Origin: Camelus ferus
Lineage: Eukaryota
Reading direction: 5' to 3'
Length of the DNA: 64,000 bases
Assembly (NCBI RefSeq): GCF_009834535.1
Contig: NC_045697.1
Coordinates: 81,098,001-81,162,000 of the forward strand
The position numbers were made by a program, and so were the translations under genes. This document shows positions 13,213-26,765 of this stretch, one piece after another. Below the pieces are notes generated by a model. It did not search any database. It saw only the letters and a list, made by a program, of their open reading frames with translations, and was not told the DNA's origin. The first letter of the stretch is position 1. Each line of letters starts with the position of its first letter.

Positions 13213-14121
13213 GTTTTCTGTATCACTCTAGTCTGAAAAAAGATTTGATTTTGAATTGATTACCTGCTATATTAGAGGAATTTTTTGACCCCAAATTATA
13301 TTGATAGACCATCAGATCTCCTCCCTGGGCCATGTGTATAGACACACATATTCCAGTTGGAAGGAAACCCAGCTGAACTTACATAATAATCATATATTTC
13401 ATTAAACTGAACTTTCTGGATTTTCTTCACTCCTGCCCTCTCTAATTCCTGTCTCTCCCCTCTCCTACATACCCATTTCACTCACATTCACAATTTAGAA
13501 TTCAGTTCAGAAATATCTTCCTCTAGGAAATGTTTCCAAACCCTCCTTCCTGGGTCAACTTTTTTAAAGTTCTTAATGATACAATAAAAAAATGTTATAT
13601 GGCTATATGAAGGGAAGAGCTAAAATTATCATGAATTTTCTATATCAAAAATTTCCATTCAAGAAACTCAAAGAAATCCATTGCAAAAAACTTTTTTTGG
13701 AAAACCATCATGTAGTACCAAACCAAAATAATCAAAAGATGTCATAGCTCTCCCATGGGAACAATAGTTGTTCTATAATGAAAACTAATGCTTTAGAAAC
13801 GACACTGGAGAAAATATTTCCCCATGCATAACGTGAGTTAAATTATAAACTGTGTGGGACTAACTAATATTAATTAGATGTCTCAACAGATATCTCTAAA
13901 ATTTTATTTTATAATGTAATATTTTTATACAAAAAGAATTAAATGCACAACATTTTAATGGAAAACTGAGTAATTTAATGATAGTTGAAATTTTATTTTA
14001 TATATAATACGACTCCCTTCATCACATTAATAGGATTGACATGTGTATATACTTTTGTCAAATATTAAAATTTATTGTAGAATAAACAAATAAGAGACAG
14101 AACTTTTAAAAATCAATGATA

Positions 14122-14435
14122 ATTCTTTTTCATTATAGGTTACTACAAGATATTGAATATAGTTCCCTGTGCTATACAGTATAAACTTGTTGTTTATTTT
14201 ATATATAGTAGTGAGAATCTGCAAATCTCCAACTCCCAATTTATCCCTCTCCCCATTTCATAACCAAAAATTTATTTTCTATGTCTGTGAGTCTCTTTCT
14301 ATTTTGTAAATAAGTTCATTTGTGTCTTTTTTTTTGTTCCACATGAAAAGGAATATTATGCTGAAACATTGTGCTGTGCACCAGAAACTGACACAACATT
14401 ATAAACTGACTATGCTTCAATTAAAAAATTAAAAA
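14122..14435. mobile_element. 5'-inverted (twin-primed) short L1 insertion
   Basis: 14122-14344 is L1 3' UTR in minus orientation. 14343-14435 is the adjoining terminal piece in plus orientation, ending in an A-rich tail. The copy at 48132-48373 shows the uninverted order. Confidence 0.8.
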
Positions 14436-16999
14436 GAATAATTTTAATACTTTAAACTAAAAACTGTGTTGATCAACAAAGTTTGATACTAGTACAGTGA
14501 TATTTCAAATGAAGCAAACAGAGAGTCTATATTATCTAATTTAAAATGTGATAAAAATGGCACTCTAATCCCATAGAGGGAATGAAGAAGAGGGCTCTGG
14601 ACAATTGCTGTCACTTGACATGTCAGCGGGGGTTATTGTGGGATACTGAGGCACCATCGTTGCTCCAGCAGAAACAAGTAGTGGAAGACATGTTAATGTT
14701 TGGTAGAGCCTTTTCCTGAAACAAAGCAGCCCTAATATATGTACATAGTATAATACATAGTATACTTGAGCAACGATTTTATTAGCATGAAGGAAAACAA
14801 ATTCATTTTAAAAAATTGGCATTTTCTGTTATCATACAATTACAGGATAGTGTCAGTATGCACAAATGTATCCTAAATGAAAAATGTGTTTCTAATCATA
14901 CATGGACTGGCCAGTAATATAAAACACATGGACAAAAAAGCTTTTTGTTATGTGTTTGGGTGTCATGGATAGACCACATTTTTTGTTATATATTTCATCT
15001 TCGTAAATACTAGAAAAAGTGATACTTCATGTAATATTACCAATACAATGGGTTAAAGTTTGCCTATTGCTTACTGCCCCCAAATTTCTGGTTAATCTCT
15101 GGAGCTTTACAATGATTATTTTGATCAAAAATGCTGTACCAATTGCCCAAACTAACTTTACTTTCTTAATTGTTTTAAAAATGGTTTAAACATATTATGA
15201 AGGAAAATAGTGAAATTTTAGCAACTTTTCATTCGTATTTTCACTTGTTTCATTTACATTTAAAATCCTTTTAAATTAAATTATTGGTTGCTAAATTATG
15301 ACTTGATAAATTATGGATAACTATCACCTATACCAACTAAAATGAGTGTCATTTACTTAATCATGTGAATGCTATGCTTAATTTTTTTCTATTTTAAAAC
15401 TTATTTTACCAATGAATTCAATGATTTGAGTTCTTTTTCCTTTTTTATCTAAATCTGACACCAAGACATATGTAGCAGAACTGCTGCCTTTGGGAAAATT
15501 AATGAGCATCAATGTGCCTGATGGTCAGTGCAGGGTCACCTTCCCAGCTCTCCTGGGTTTGCCCCTAGAGAGATAAATAGCAACAACTACAAAAAAAATC
15601 CCTTCCTAGAATTTAACACTGATAAAGTAACGCATTTTATTTTATAATCCTCTTCTAAGTTTCTTGCCTTGGGCTCATTGAGATGCAAGTCACATCCCCT
15701 GACTTCCTGGTGCTTCGTTTCCTCTGAGCTTCCTGGACTGCATGGACCCTCTGTCCTGTCCTGGCCAGTCCTACCACAGAGACTGCTCTGATGTGATCCC
15801 TAAGGATTAGGCTTATTTCTGTGACCTTCCTTGTTTTCCTTGGGTGAGTCATGGTACAGGCTTTCTAAGACCAGTACCTGAATGCAGTCTTTTAACTTGT
15901 CCCACATAATCACCATTATCTCCTGGTGCTCAAGTTACTGAATCCAACATGGCTTTTCTTGTTTGGCTTCACAGAGACTCTCTGGCCTTCTGTCATCCTG
16001 GTGGAATAGATCTTAGCAGTCTCTGCCTTTAAAAAAGGTTGTAAAGGAGGATGGGAAACAAAGCATTCAGTATCCTCTCTGGAGCAGTGGAGTGGTCTGC
16101 AATAAATCCAGAGAACTTATTGCTGTAGCTTTGAGCTTTGAAACAGACCAATTTACTTTTCTTTCTGTAGGGTCTAATTCATTAGACTCCTGTTATAAAA
16201 CTTTTATTGGAGAAGTTGAATCGTAAAGTCAACCAGAAAGAAAGGATTTAGTGATAAGTGGTATAAGTGTCATAATGTGAAGAATAAAATGCTACAGACA
16301 AAATAAAAGTATTTACTTGCTGCTTTTTAGAAGTGAAACAGCTTGAAAAAGATAACAACACTGCGTTCCCTGTGATGATAAATTTCAGTTTTGCAAACTA
16401 CAGTGGTTGGGCGTAGCCTTATGCTTGCTGTTTTGAAGACATGATTACTTATCTGTATTACTGTAATGCACACATGTAACATATGTGTGTGCATTTATAC
16501 ACGGATGTGTGTATGTATTTTCTATACAGATACATACATCTATACATATTATATATACTATATAATATACATAGTATGTGTATTCTCCTGACTAAAGAAG
16601 ATTACTTGATTTGAAAATGAGGTATAGACATGGAAAGTGAAGTTAGCAAGAATAAGACTGTGTTTCAAAAACTTAGAGATCAGTCCTCTACTCACAAACT
16701 TCTTCCCTAGGCCATAGATTAAAAAAAAACCTCTCACTCAGAAAGCCTCCACTCTCTCCTCCCCTGCTGTTTTCTGGATATTGACCCAACGCAATGTTGG
16801 GCTTTACACGGTCAAGAAGGCAGACGCTTCGCAAATAGCGTGAAGGTGAACATCTCTGTCCACTATTTGGAGTACAGGTGAGCAAAAACCAACCTTTTAT
16901 TTTATGATACTACTAAGCATTTGGTGTTAATCTATTACAGTAGTTATTAGTATGTTAACTAGTTTGAATATTGGTAGCTACAGAAGTGGTGTTATTGTA

Positions 17000-18570
17000 A
17001 AGATAAATTAACACTTGTCATCTTGTCCAGGAGTGTAGGTGATGTTGATGAGAAGACTGTTTTGGGAGGCTGGGTAAGAGTGGCAGAACATTTGGTAGAA
17101 CCATCATACATCATAACCTGAAAGATGCCTCCAAGGCTTATTGCTCTGTAGAGAGTTTTTGTGATAGGATGTGTTTGATTTGTAATAGAAGACATTAGAA
17201 GGAAGAGATGGACTCAGTCAAGAATTAGTGGGTTTATAGGCAAACGTACAATGATTTATAGACTCCAGATATTTGAGGACTCAAAAGTTTGAAAAACCTG
17301 AATTCCCCTGAACCTCAAAATTGGTGTAAGAGTGAAAGAAAACTTCAGTTACAAAGGCCCATTAAGAGTCAGCCCTTTGACAAAAGGGACTGAACGGTAC
17401 TTTTCCACTAGCGACTGGTGGCTCTTTAGTAGTTGCCATTAAATTGAAGCAGGGAGGAAAGATGGAGGAAGAAAGGGGGAGAGAGACAGAGAGATAGGAG
17501 AGGGAGAAGGAGAGAATGACTAGGGCAAGAAATTGGTGGAATCAAGTAGATTTGAGTACCAGTTTTAGGAGTTTTTGTCATAACGGCACATAGAACTGAG
17601 TGGACACAGATTAGATACCTACTAAGTTTTTGAGGGTGTACATTGGCAAAGAAATTATGAGGCCAGATTTTGAGGGAAAAAATGACCCTAGAGATTAGAG
17701 ATAGGAACTATCAGGAGGGAAAAAAGTTATCAAGGGAGTTCCTTTGTGTGGGAAAAATTAGATCCTAATCAAGAAAAAAATTTCCCACTACCAGGCAACT
17801 CCTGCCTTCCCAGCAGAAATGCACCATCATTACTGCCCACTGACAGCAATGTATCCTGCTCTTTTCATTTTCAAATGGGAATGTCTATTGTGGTTATCAC
17901 GCCTGGGACACCTTTGTATATATGCCTGTGATGAGAGAATGTGATTTGTACATGGATTTCCAAGCCATGGGAGTCATTTCTGGACCTGCTGGAGAGGCCA
18001 ACACATGATTCAGAGATTCTCTACACTGAGCTGAATGAAGTGACCCAGTAGGACTTCGTGTTATCTTCCTTGGGGAAAAGGCAAATGTGTTCTATGTGTA
18101 GCAGGAAGAACATGATGAATATCTGGCGACTGGAAGAGTGGTTTACAGCAGAGAATGTCTAACTATTTACCAGACATCTTTCCCTTTCCTCTTGGCCAGA
18201 CTGCATTTCCAAGACTTCCTTCAGTTAAATTGGCCTTGTGACCAAATTCTGGCCAGTATGATATGTGCTTGAGTTTCATATATTATTCTAAGGGCCATAA
18301 AATATTCCTAAGTGATTCTGATTCTCACTTCCCCTGTCTCAGGCAGGATGTCCAAAGCCTATCGTGATGATGGAAGCTATGTTTGTGTTTAAAAATGTCA
18401 AAGCCTAAAATGGCAACATGATAATATGGAGCAAAATTTCCTCCCTTACCCATTCTCCTTTCCTACTGATTGCTTGGATTTTATGTGACTGTAAAATGAA
18501 CTTTGGTTGTATTGACTTATTAAGCTTTCAAAATTTATCTGTTGTAGTGCATTAGCTTGAGAAATCTTAA
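17000..18570 (+). mobile_element. MaLR (MLT1-type) internal sequence plus 3' LTR (~18138-18570)
   Basis: ggaggctgg...agtggcagaacatttggtagaac and gggaaaaggcaaatgtgttctatgtgtagcaggaag are MLT1-internal-like. ctgcatttccaagacttccttcagttaaattggccttgtgaccaaattctggcc is MLT1 LTR-like. Confidence 0.6.
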
Positions 18571-18859
18571 CTAAAATTATTTTTGACCAACTGTATTTTT
18601 GGACCTAAAACTAGGAACTTGTATCTAATTACTTTATTCATGCTGAATTCAGGTTACAACATTGCCTGCTGAAATGTATATCCTTTCCAGTTTTATCCTT
18701 TATATAATTATCTTAATAATACATTCCATATTAGGGCCCATAAACTCCAATACTATCAGCATATAGACTAGGAACAGGAAAAGAGCAGACTGTGCATCCA
18801 GAGAAATGAAAAGTATATGCAAAGTGACTAAGAACAAATGCTCCTATAGTGGCCAGTAA

Positions 18860-19080
18860 CTGTTGTAAGTGCTTTTATGTGTTTTAACTCATGTAATCCT
18901 CACAAAAACCTCAAAGAGAAGGTGTTATTACTACCTGCAATGCCAAGATGAGGAAATTGCAGCATAGTAAGTGTCAGGAATGTGCCCGAGGACCTCACAG
19001 ATGGGTACGTGGTACTGCCAGGGTTTGAGCTGTGACTCCGGCTGCAGACACCCACACACCATATTACACACTGTACTTCC
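18860..19080 (-). mobile_element. MIR SINE
   Basis: taagtgcttttatgtgttttaactcatgtaatcctcacaaaaacc...agatgaggaaattg. Confidence 0.75.
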
Positions 19081-20107
19081 TCAGGTCGAACTCATTTAAA
19101 ATAGTCTGATGGACTTTGTTATGGAAATCATGAGGGGTTCATACACGTTGGTTCATTGCAGAGAATGGCACACACACTGCTAAATGCTTTTATTATTTAC
19201 ACTGATTGAACTGGCTGAGGAAAGAGGTGGCTGGAGTCTGTGTATATTGTATGGGTGTTACCTGTGACCAAGGTAACACTTCTTATTAATGAGAGACTTC
19301 TTATTAATGACGTCCATCATCTTATTTCTTTTTAGCTTTGCCGTTTTTTAAAATGGGATCCAAGTGTCCTTAGAGTCTTGTCTGTGGGAGCATTATCTCT
19401 TCAATACATAGCTACAGGTTTACATATGCTTAATTTTATCAAAATATGAAAGGCTTCTGGAAAAGACTGTGTGATTCCCAGGCATGTCCTGGGAACATGT
19501 AGGAGAAAATTACAATTGATTTGGACCTGTGAGAGTTTAGTATATAGACTTTATTACCTAAAAGTACAGGGGGAAGATGTATTTATAGCTTCTCTCTGTA
19601 GAGCACAGAGTGAAGACAGCTTATTTTAAATAATGTAGACAGATCACAGCCTGTTGTTCTGAGCCTCAAATGCCAAGTGTTACAATAAGCCCACGACCCC
19701 AAACACTCCCCACCCCGAATACTATTCTATCTTTATGATCCATCCTCATCAGCAAATAAAATAAGGGAAAATGTACTCAATGTGGAATTTCCTCTCCTGA
19801 CACACCTTCATTTGTACATTTGGTCCATAGACCAAGCAAGATGCCACCTTTTGCTCCAGGTCAGAAGCTTCTTCATTCCTTCCCAAGTAGAGACTCTCGG
19901 GAGCCTGGCATGGAGTGTAATGTCCTCCAGTGTCCTCCTCCCTGGGCTGTGAGGATATGTAACAGATAAACTGCTGTAGGTCCCCTCTGTGCAGCACTGG
20001 GAGTTTTGTGTTTGCTTCCCCTGATAACCCTAGGGTAAGAACCCCTCCCTCACTAGTGGGGGAGTAGGAGGCAATCAAAATCAAGTAGAAGAGGAGAGAA
20101 GTTAGAG

Positions 20108-20428
20108 CTCTTCTGTCCAACACAGACCCCGCAAGCCTCACGCGACTATCAAACCCTTGAAATGTGGCAAGTCCAAACCTGTTATGTGTGGTACAGGTGA
20201 CCAACTCAATTTTGAGGACTTAGTAGGAGCACAAGAATGTAAACAGCTCATTCAAAATTTTTAAACTGATTTTATGTTGAAATAATATTTTGGACATATT
20301 GTCTTAAATAAAATATTGACATTAATTTTATCTTTTTATAGTTTTCCAAAGTAGTTCCTAGAAAACTTAGAATTACATGGGTCACTTACATTTGTGACTT
20401 ATGTTCTATTTCTATTTAGTGGCTCTGG
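20108..20428 (-). mobile_element. hAT-Charlie MITE (MER33-like)
   Basis: ctgtccaa...ttgaaatgtggcaagtcc...gacttagta...aagaatgtaaa...atgttgaaataatattttgga...aaataaaatatt matches the recalled MER33 reverse complement over ~320 bp. Confidence 0.7.
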
Positions 20429-21619
20429 TTTAGGGAAAGATATTCAGGAAAAGAAGCAGTGTAACTTGGGCTTATGTAAGAGAAAGATTCCTAGAAGCCT
20501 AAAAGCTTGATTTGATTGGGTGTATTTTTAAAAAAATAAAAAGAGATCGAGGGGAAACAGAAAATGTACCTGAAAAGGGAAGAGCTCCATAATGGATGTA
20601 CTTAATAGGGTGTCAGGCAGATATTTAGATGGTGATGAACAGAGTAAGATAGGTCTGGAATTCATAACTACATTTAAGGCTGGAGATACAGAATTACTAG
20701 TTCTGACATTGAAAGCCATAATAAAATGACTAGACCTGGAATGTAAAGCAAACCAAGAATAAGGTTGATGATATATATTAAGGTTGGGCAAATAAGTAAA
20801 TAAGTACCACTCAGCACATTTTAATGCATTTCAGTGAATTTTTTATTGAGTACCTACTATGTGCCAGGTTTTGGTAGACACATGAGAAATGGTAAAATAT
20901 TTTTGAACGAAAATTAACTAATAAATAAAAAACAAATGTCTTATTTCAGGCCTGAAATACCTTATACTTGCAATAAAAAATGCAAAAAATACTGTTTGGT
21001 ATTAATAAATATAATTGAAAACAATATATTGAAATATAAGAGAACGTTTTATTTGTGGAAAGGAGACCTTATTCGATGAAGGTGAAATAGGAGATGAAGA
21101 CTTGTAGAGAATTCAGATAAATTTTCTTGTAATTTTTATCTATCTAGGTGCTTTTGCATTGATTTGTTATTATATCTATATCTTCTCATTAAACTTTGTG
21201 ACTTTCCTTTGAGAAAGTTGTACCTCTAGAACTGATATTCCTGATAGAATATCTGTTTGAGTTGCCAAATTCTTGAAGAGAGAGATTAAAAAGAGAAGGT
21301 ATAAGTTAGATATTCTACTAGGTGGACTAAGGAAGAGGTAGGTAGGAGGAAGGCATAAAGAGACGTCAGTGGACTGAGATGGGACTATTCTGCTCTGAAA
21401 GTGGATCAGAGCAACACCAGGGAGGCATACAAAACTGATTTTTGGATAATGATGGGAAAAACAGTTTCTAATCTTAACCAAATACAATTAAGGATATGTT
21501 TAAGATACATGTTTTATTATTAAAGGGAGTAGAAAAACATGTTTTTGTTTGATGAGAGAAGAGATAGAGGTTTGAATATTATACATTATTTTTGTAACAA
21601 ACACGGTCCAGCATAACTA

Positions 21620-21830
21620 CATTAGGCATTGTGCTAAGTTGTTTATATTCTCATTTAATGTTTACAATGACCCAATGAATAATACATTATTGTCTCTATT
21701 TTACAGAAAAGGAAACTGTGACTTAGGGAAGTTCCACAAATTATCTGAGGCCACACAGCTTGCTAGAGACAGAACTGGGGAGAGAATCTGGACATCCAAA
21801 GTCCACTCCCATAACTTCCTGGTTACACTT
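21620..21830 (-). mobile_element. MIR SINE
   Basis: aggcattgtgctaag...ctcatttaat...attttacagaaaaggaaactgtgacttagggaagtt. Explains ORFs 21639..21905 and 21701..21898. Confidence 0.75.
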
Positions 21831-24494
21831 GTTATATGGCTGGAATTCAGGGGGTATATATGTAGTGAACAAAGTAAAAGGGAAGGAAAAAGATTCATCT
21901 ATTGATTAAAACCTCGAGTTTTAGAGGAGAAACAACATTACTCCAGTGACCATACCAGCAGTAGTATTTATTCTGAAGAAGTGAGAACCAAAGATATGTT
22001 ATTCACTTACTAAATCAGTTATTTAACAATTTCGGTAAATGCTGAGTTCTGTTTCTGTTTTTTCCACCCACTTCACTGGCTCACGCAGAAAAATATTCAT
22101 TTGCATATATATATGTACATATATTGAGGATATATATGTACCCCTGGCCAAGCTGTGTTCCTGTAGTTGAGGTAAAATCCAATAGGCAAGACTATTAGAT
22201 TTCTTTCTTCTTGAAATCGTTGCCCAGCATTGTTTTTGACGTACCTCCATTAAGCAAATGGTTAATATGTTTTCTAGCCACTAAAAACAGGCTTGTAAGA
22301 TATTATTCCACTACAAATTGCTTGCATAATTAAAATGAGTTGCTATTCATAGTAAACAGGTTACCTTATATCATATTAATACAGTGTCATAGAAGAACCA
22401 AAACTAAATAAGGTAAATGTAAATGGGTTTGTTGAAACTGAGACAAAGAAAATCTCTTATTGAATGAAGAGCTATTTTCTTTTTAGAGAAAAATACACTG
22501 TTAGAAAGAATATAAATTATTCTCATTAGCATTCTTTCCTGTTGCTTATTTAATTATTTTGGAGTCATTGTTAAATACAAACAAAATTCATTTTTGTATG
22601 AGATTTGTAATAGAACTTTTAGAGACTGGTATTTGACAAGTATATACAATATTTTGATGTAAGCTTATAATCAAATATTCTTCCTTACTTTTATTAATGT
22701 AATCAACAACTGTATTTGTTAGTTAGGTCACTGGAAAAAAGAAAAAGAAGCAAAGAGAAGACACTAGCTTATTTAAAGGTTTTAGAAGATCTTTAAACTT
22801 TTAAAAAGTATGTCACTCAATAGTACAAAAGAGAATTTACTTAAAATGTTAAAGAATTACATATGTTAAATCTTGAGTCAATAATTTTGAAGTAGCCAGT
22901 GGGTAAAAATTGGGAAAACCAAGATATTCTTAAAACTAAAATTTTTCCAGATTTATTATAATCTCCTCATAGCCCAGAGTCCCTCTAAGTAGTTTACTAT
23001 AAGAAATGAAGATGAATTATGTAATTAAAATTTGCTTTTTGTCTTCATTATCAATCATAAGAAGAACGTACACAGACTGAAATGAACTAGGGGAGAAAAG
23101 ACTACTTGAATTTGAGGGAATTTTGCCACCAGGTATCTGTAGGTAACTGAATGATACTTTGTATATTAGTTAGAAAAAAATAAGGAAATGCAGAAAATTA
23201 GTTACATTTAAAAAAATCTGGTGATGAGTTGGACTTTAAATTACATGAATTTTACTTAATATAAAAAATATCTCCCCTCTTTTCTATGAATATCTCTGTC
23301 ACCCAACTTGGGAAAAAAGTTAACCTCTAGTTCATGAAAGAGAGAAAAATAGAATGTAAAGGAAACTAGTGAACAAATAAATCAAAAATTAGAGTTCTAA
23401 ATACACAACTGTTGTGATTTCAGTGTGCTTAATGGAATGCTATCAAGCACATGCTTACCTAGGTAAGGTTGAGAAATTCAGCCTCTCACTTAACAAAGAA
23501 ACAGCAAAAGTAACAGTTTGTGATTTGTATCAACTCATATCCAAGAAAAATTTTACACTTCCTGAAAAAGATTAAGAGCCTTTATATGCAATGGGAAAAC
23601 AACAGGAAAACAAACAAAATTTTAATAAAGCATAAATCCAATGTTGAATTCTGACAAAAGTATGTAAAAATTCTTGATTCTCTTTTAAATTAGACTTGAA
23701 TTGCTTTCTCAAAACAACAAACAATAAATAAACAAGAAAACAAAGATCTTCAATTTCCTTCGACAACATTGAATTATGTCAAGCATAATTTCTCAGATTC
23801 TAGGAGAAAGTAACATTATTTACAGCCTATAGAAAAATTACTCTGGAGGAAGGGCAGATTGAGAGATAAAGCTACCAAAGCCAGTTTGATTTACTGATTT
23901 GCAGAAATTTTACCTTCATGTATCACTGAGAAGATTAACAAAGCTTTAACACATCTTCATTGACAAATGAGACAAAAATCCAACCGGCATGACAAGAATC
24001 TCCAAATAGGAGAGGAACCTGTAACTCTAAGACAGAAAGAGCATCACTTCTCTAGAAATTAATTTTTGGATGGCATGGCTGAGAAATAGGATTTAGTTTA
24101 GAGAATCAGTGGTGTTTAAAGAGGTAAGTTTTAGATTATATTTCTTCTTTTAAATAGACATTAAAAACATAATCTTCTGCACTAGTATATGTACTGGCAT
24201 ATATAAAAGTTCATGCTTTAAACGACTGACATATACTACATAAAAGGCACAAGTGCCTCACTCTACCTGTAAACACATATTGATATCTTCATTCCATATC
24301 TTATCAATAAAGGCTTTTTCTTCTGTGGGTAGTGAAAAAATACATAAATACTACATCATTATCAAGGTGGCAAGACCTAGATTAATAGCATGGTAAGATT
24401 TTTGACCTATAAAGATGGCCTTACACCTAGTAGTTAATATATTATGCAAAGTATGCACTTACTCATTCATTCTCCCCAAAAATGTCTGATAGAG

Positions 24495-24500
24495 TTTATT
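24495..24500 (-). terminator. Candidate NDST4 polyadenylation signal AATAAA
   Basis: First canonical AATAAA I found on the minus strand downstream of the stop (plus-strand tttatt), ~720 nt after TAG. No transcript evidence. Confidence 0.35.
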
Positions 24501-25218
24501 GGAACCGTAATGCAAAATTCACTGAGAATGGCGTGCCCTGCCAGAAAAAAAAGAGTATTATCAATGAGTATGGAAACTTCCAGATAGTGTCCTCCTACAG
24601 CAGGAACATAGACCAAAAACGTGGGCGGTGACAACTTCACAACTTCCCTAGCAAGTCAAGGGAATTCATAAAGAGGGGTAACAGAAGAAAATATGTATGG
24701 GCTAAATACAATAAATAAATACTGCTCAAAATAAGAGTGTGGGATTATATAATTTTTTCATAATAAAAGCAAATTGTTTTTAAATTAGCAAAGAGAAAAT
24801 GTGAGCCCTTACTTCAGATGTTGGATTACTGCTACCTCATTTACAGAATCTCAGTTCTTATCTTTTCCTCAGAATTCTAATTTGTCACTTGTATATAATC
24901 AGGGTTCTTAGTCATACACAGAGTTTCCAAAACCTTATGGTTAACAGAGGAACTGGGCTGTGTCATAATCCCCACACTGGAAACTGGATAATGCCACAAA
25001 ACCCCACATTATTTCCCAAAAGCTCACACAGGGATTGATGCTAGTAATTGCCAATGCGTGCATATGCAACATTTTTCATTTTATGAAAAAGACAGGAGAT
25101 TTAGTCACACGGTCCTTTGTTGACAATCACAAGTGCATTAAGGGGATAAAAGTTTTTTGTTTTTCCTGTTTCACAGGAAGAGTCAGTAGCTTGTGAGCCT
25201 TTGTTCTCGTCCCCAGTG

Positions 25219-25338
25219 CTATCTCACTTTCTGCAGCTCCTGTCTCAGCCATGACGGTAGAGGCTGCCCCAGCCTATGTAGCAGTTTGGACAGTTCCACA
25301 TTATGATCTCGGTAGTAATTAGAGAGGAAAGTTCTAGA
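25219..25338 (-). CDS. NDST4: NDST4 terminal coding exon (120 nt including stop): [39 protein letters not shown]
   Basis: Translated by hand. Acceptor tttccag|TCT; TAG stop is cta at 25219-25221. The C-terminus [10 protein letters not shown] is typical of NDST3/NDST4. Confidence 0.97.
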   Translation of the reverse strand, partial: SRTFLSNYYRDHNVELSKLLHRLGQPLPSWLRQELQKVR

Positions 25339-26765
25339 CTGGAAAGCAAACAGAAAAAGAAGACTTGAAGGAAGTTACAAGTTCATTAAATGAGATTGGG
25401 TGTATTTCTGGATGCATTTCTTTGTATTTTCTGACAGATAATACTCATTTTTACCTTTCAGAAAGATATGGCAGAAGTATAGCTGTAAAGTAAAAACGGG
25501 TCAGGTATAACTTACGTGGCTACTATACCATGACAGCACTTGTGTATTGTGTGGTTCATGAAATCTACACAGGGAGAAAGGCTGATGAGAGAGATCTAAT
25601 TCTAAAGAAGAATGAAGTAGGTAGGAACCTGATGTGGTACTAAGTCTACCAAAAAAAAAACACCTCTTTGTTTGAAATCGGTCACTTTCTATAAAATTGA
25701 GCCATAACATAAAAATAAAAAGTGAACATAATCATAAAAGCTAAATTTTATGATTAAAGAAATAACTTGCAACACTGCAAAAATTTTTTTTTATATTTAT
25801 CAGGACCAAAACAGATTTAAAAAAAAATTATCATGCATTTGTAGTTCAAAAATATTATAAGGTCTCATTACAAAGATCATTTTAACGATCTTTCTGGTGA
25901 TTCTTATATTTCTAGTCAAGCTGGTGTGATTGGCCATTTTTAGGTGAGTGGCTTAAAAAAGGATTATCAAATATATCAGTGGGTTTAGTTTGTTTTATTT
26001 TCTTTCTAGAAAGCAGAAAATTTATAATTGGGTTTCTCTCTGGATGTCACTTACCTCATATTATAACCCAATGAACATGGTTCTGTGTCTCTTTGATTAA
26101 ACAGTTGAGCTGAGCATGCTTTCCTGTGAGAAAGGAATGGGGGCAGTAATGGCCCACACATCATTTTCCATCTGGTCAGAGTTACACTCTCTCTTTTAAG
26201 GCCTTCTCAATATTTTAGCACAAATGAATCTCTTTCTTCGTAAAAGTCCCTTAGCAACTTTTGTCTATACTGTGGAAATGGACTTAAGACAAGTACATGT
26301 TGTCTTGGACCATTCACCAGGTATTTCATTACATTTCTTCCCTTAAACCAGGCTGTAAACACTTCAAATTCTGGATAAGATGTTTATAGAAGTCATGGGA
26401 ACATTACATTGATTTCTTGGCAGAGTAAAGTGATTTTTGAAGCCCTTTTGAAATTATTGAGTTCAAAGGTAGGTTTGAGAACCTTCTGGTTCTTCTATCT
26501 CCATAGTAACACCTGAATCACTTCCAATCACCTTTTGCCCAACTTGCCTTAGGAGAGATACTCATTCTAGTTTCTCAGCTGATTGCTAACTGGTTTCCCA
26601 GTCTTAACTTATCTCCTCATACCATAACTTTTATTGAGAGATTTTTTCTCCTGCTTTTTTGTAGTTTGACATTGTTCTATGTATCTTATTATAAATTAGT
26701 GATCATAACAATTTACCCTCCTATAATAAATTTGGGTTTGTAACTGTTTTATCCTGTATCCTAAT

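Noticed and set aside
1..13230. UGT8 terminal exon, expected as the downstream neighbour from human synteny
   Set aside because: I could not find a UDP-glycosyltransferase C-terminal coding sequence in this region.
19749..20204. 151-aa ORF
   Set aside because: Starts inside the MER33-like element and has no recognisable motif.
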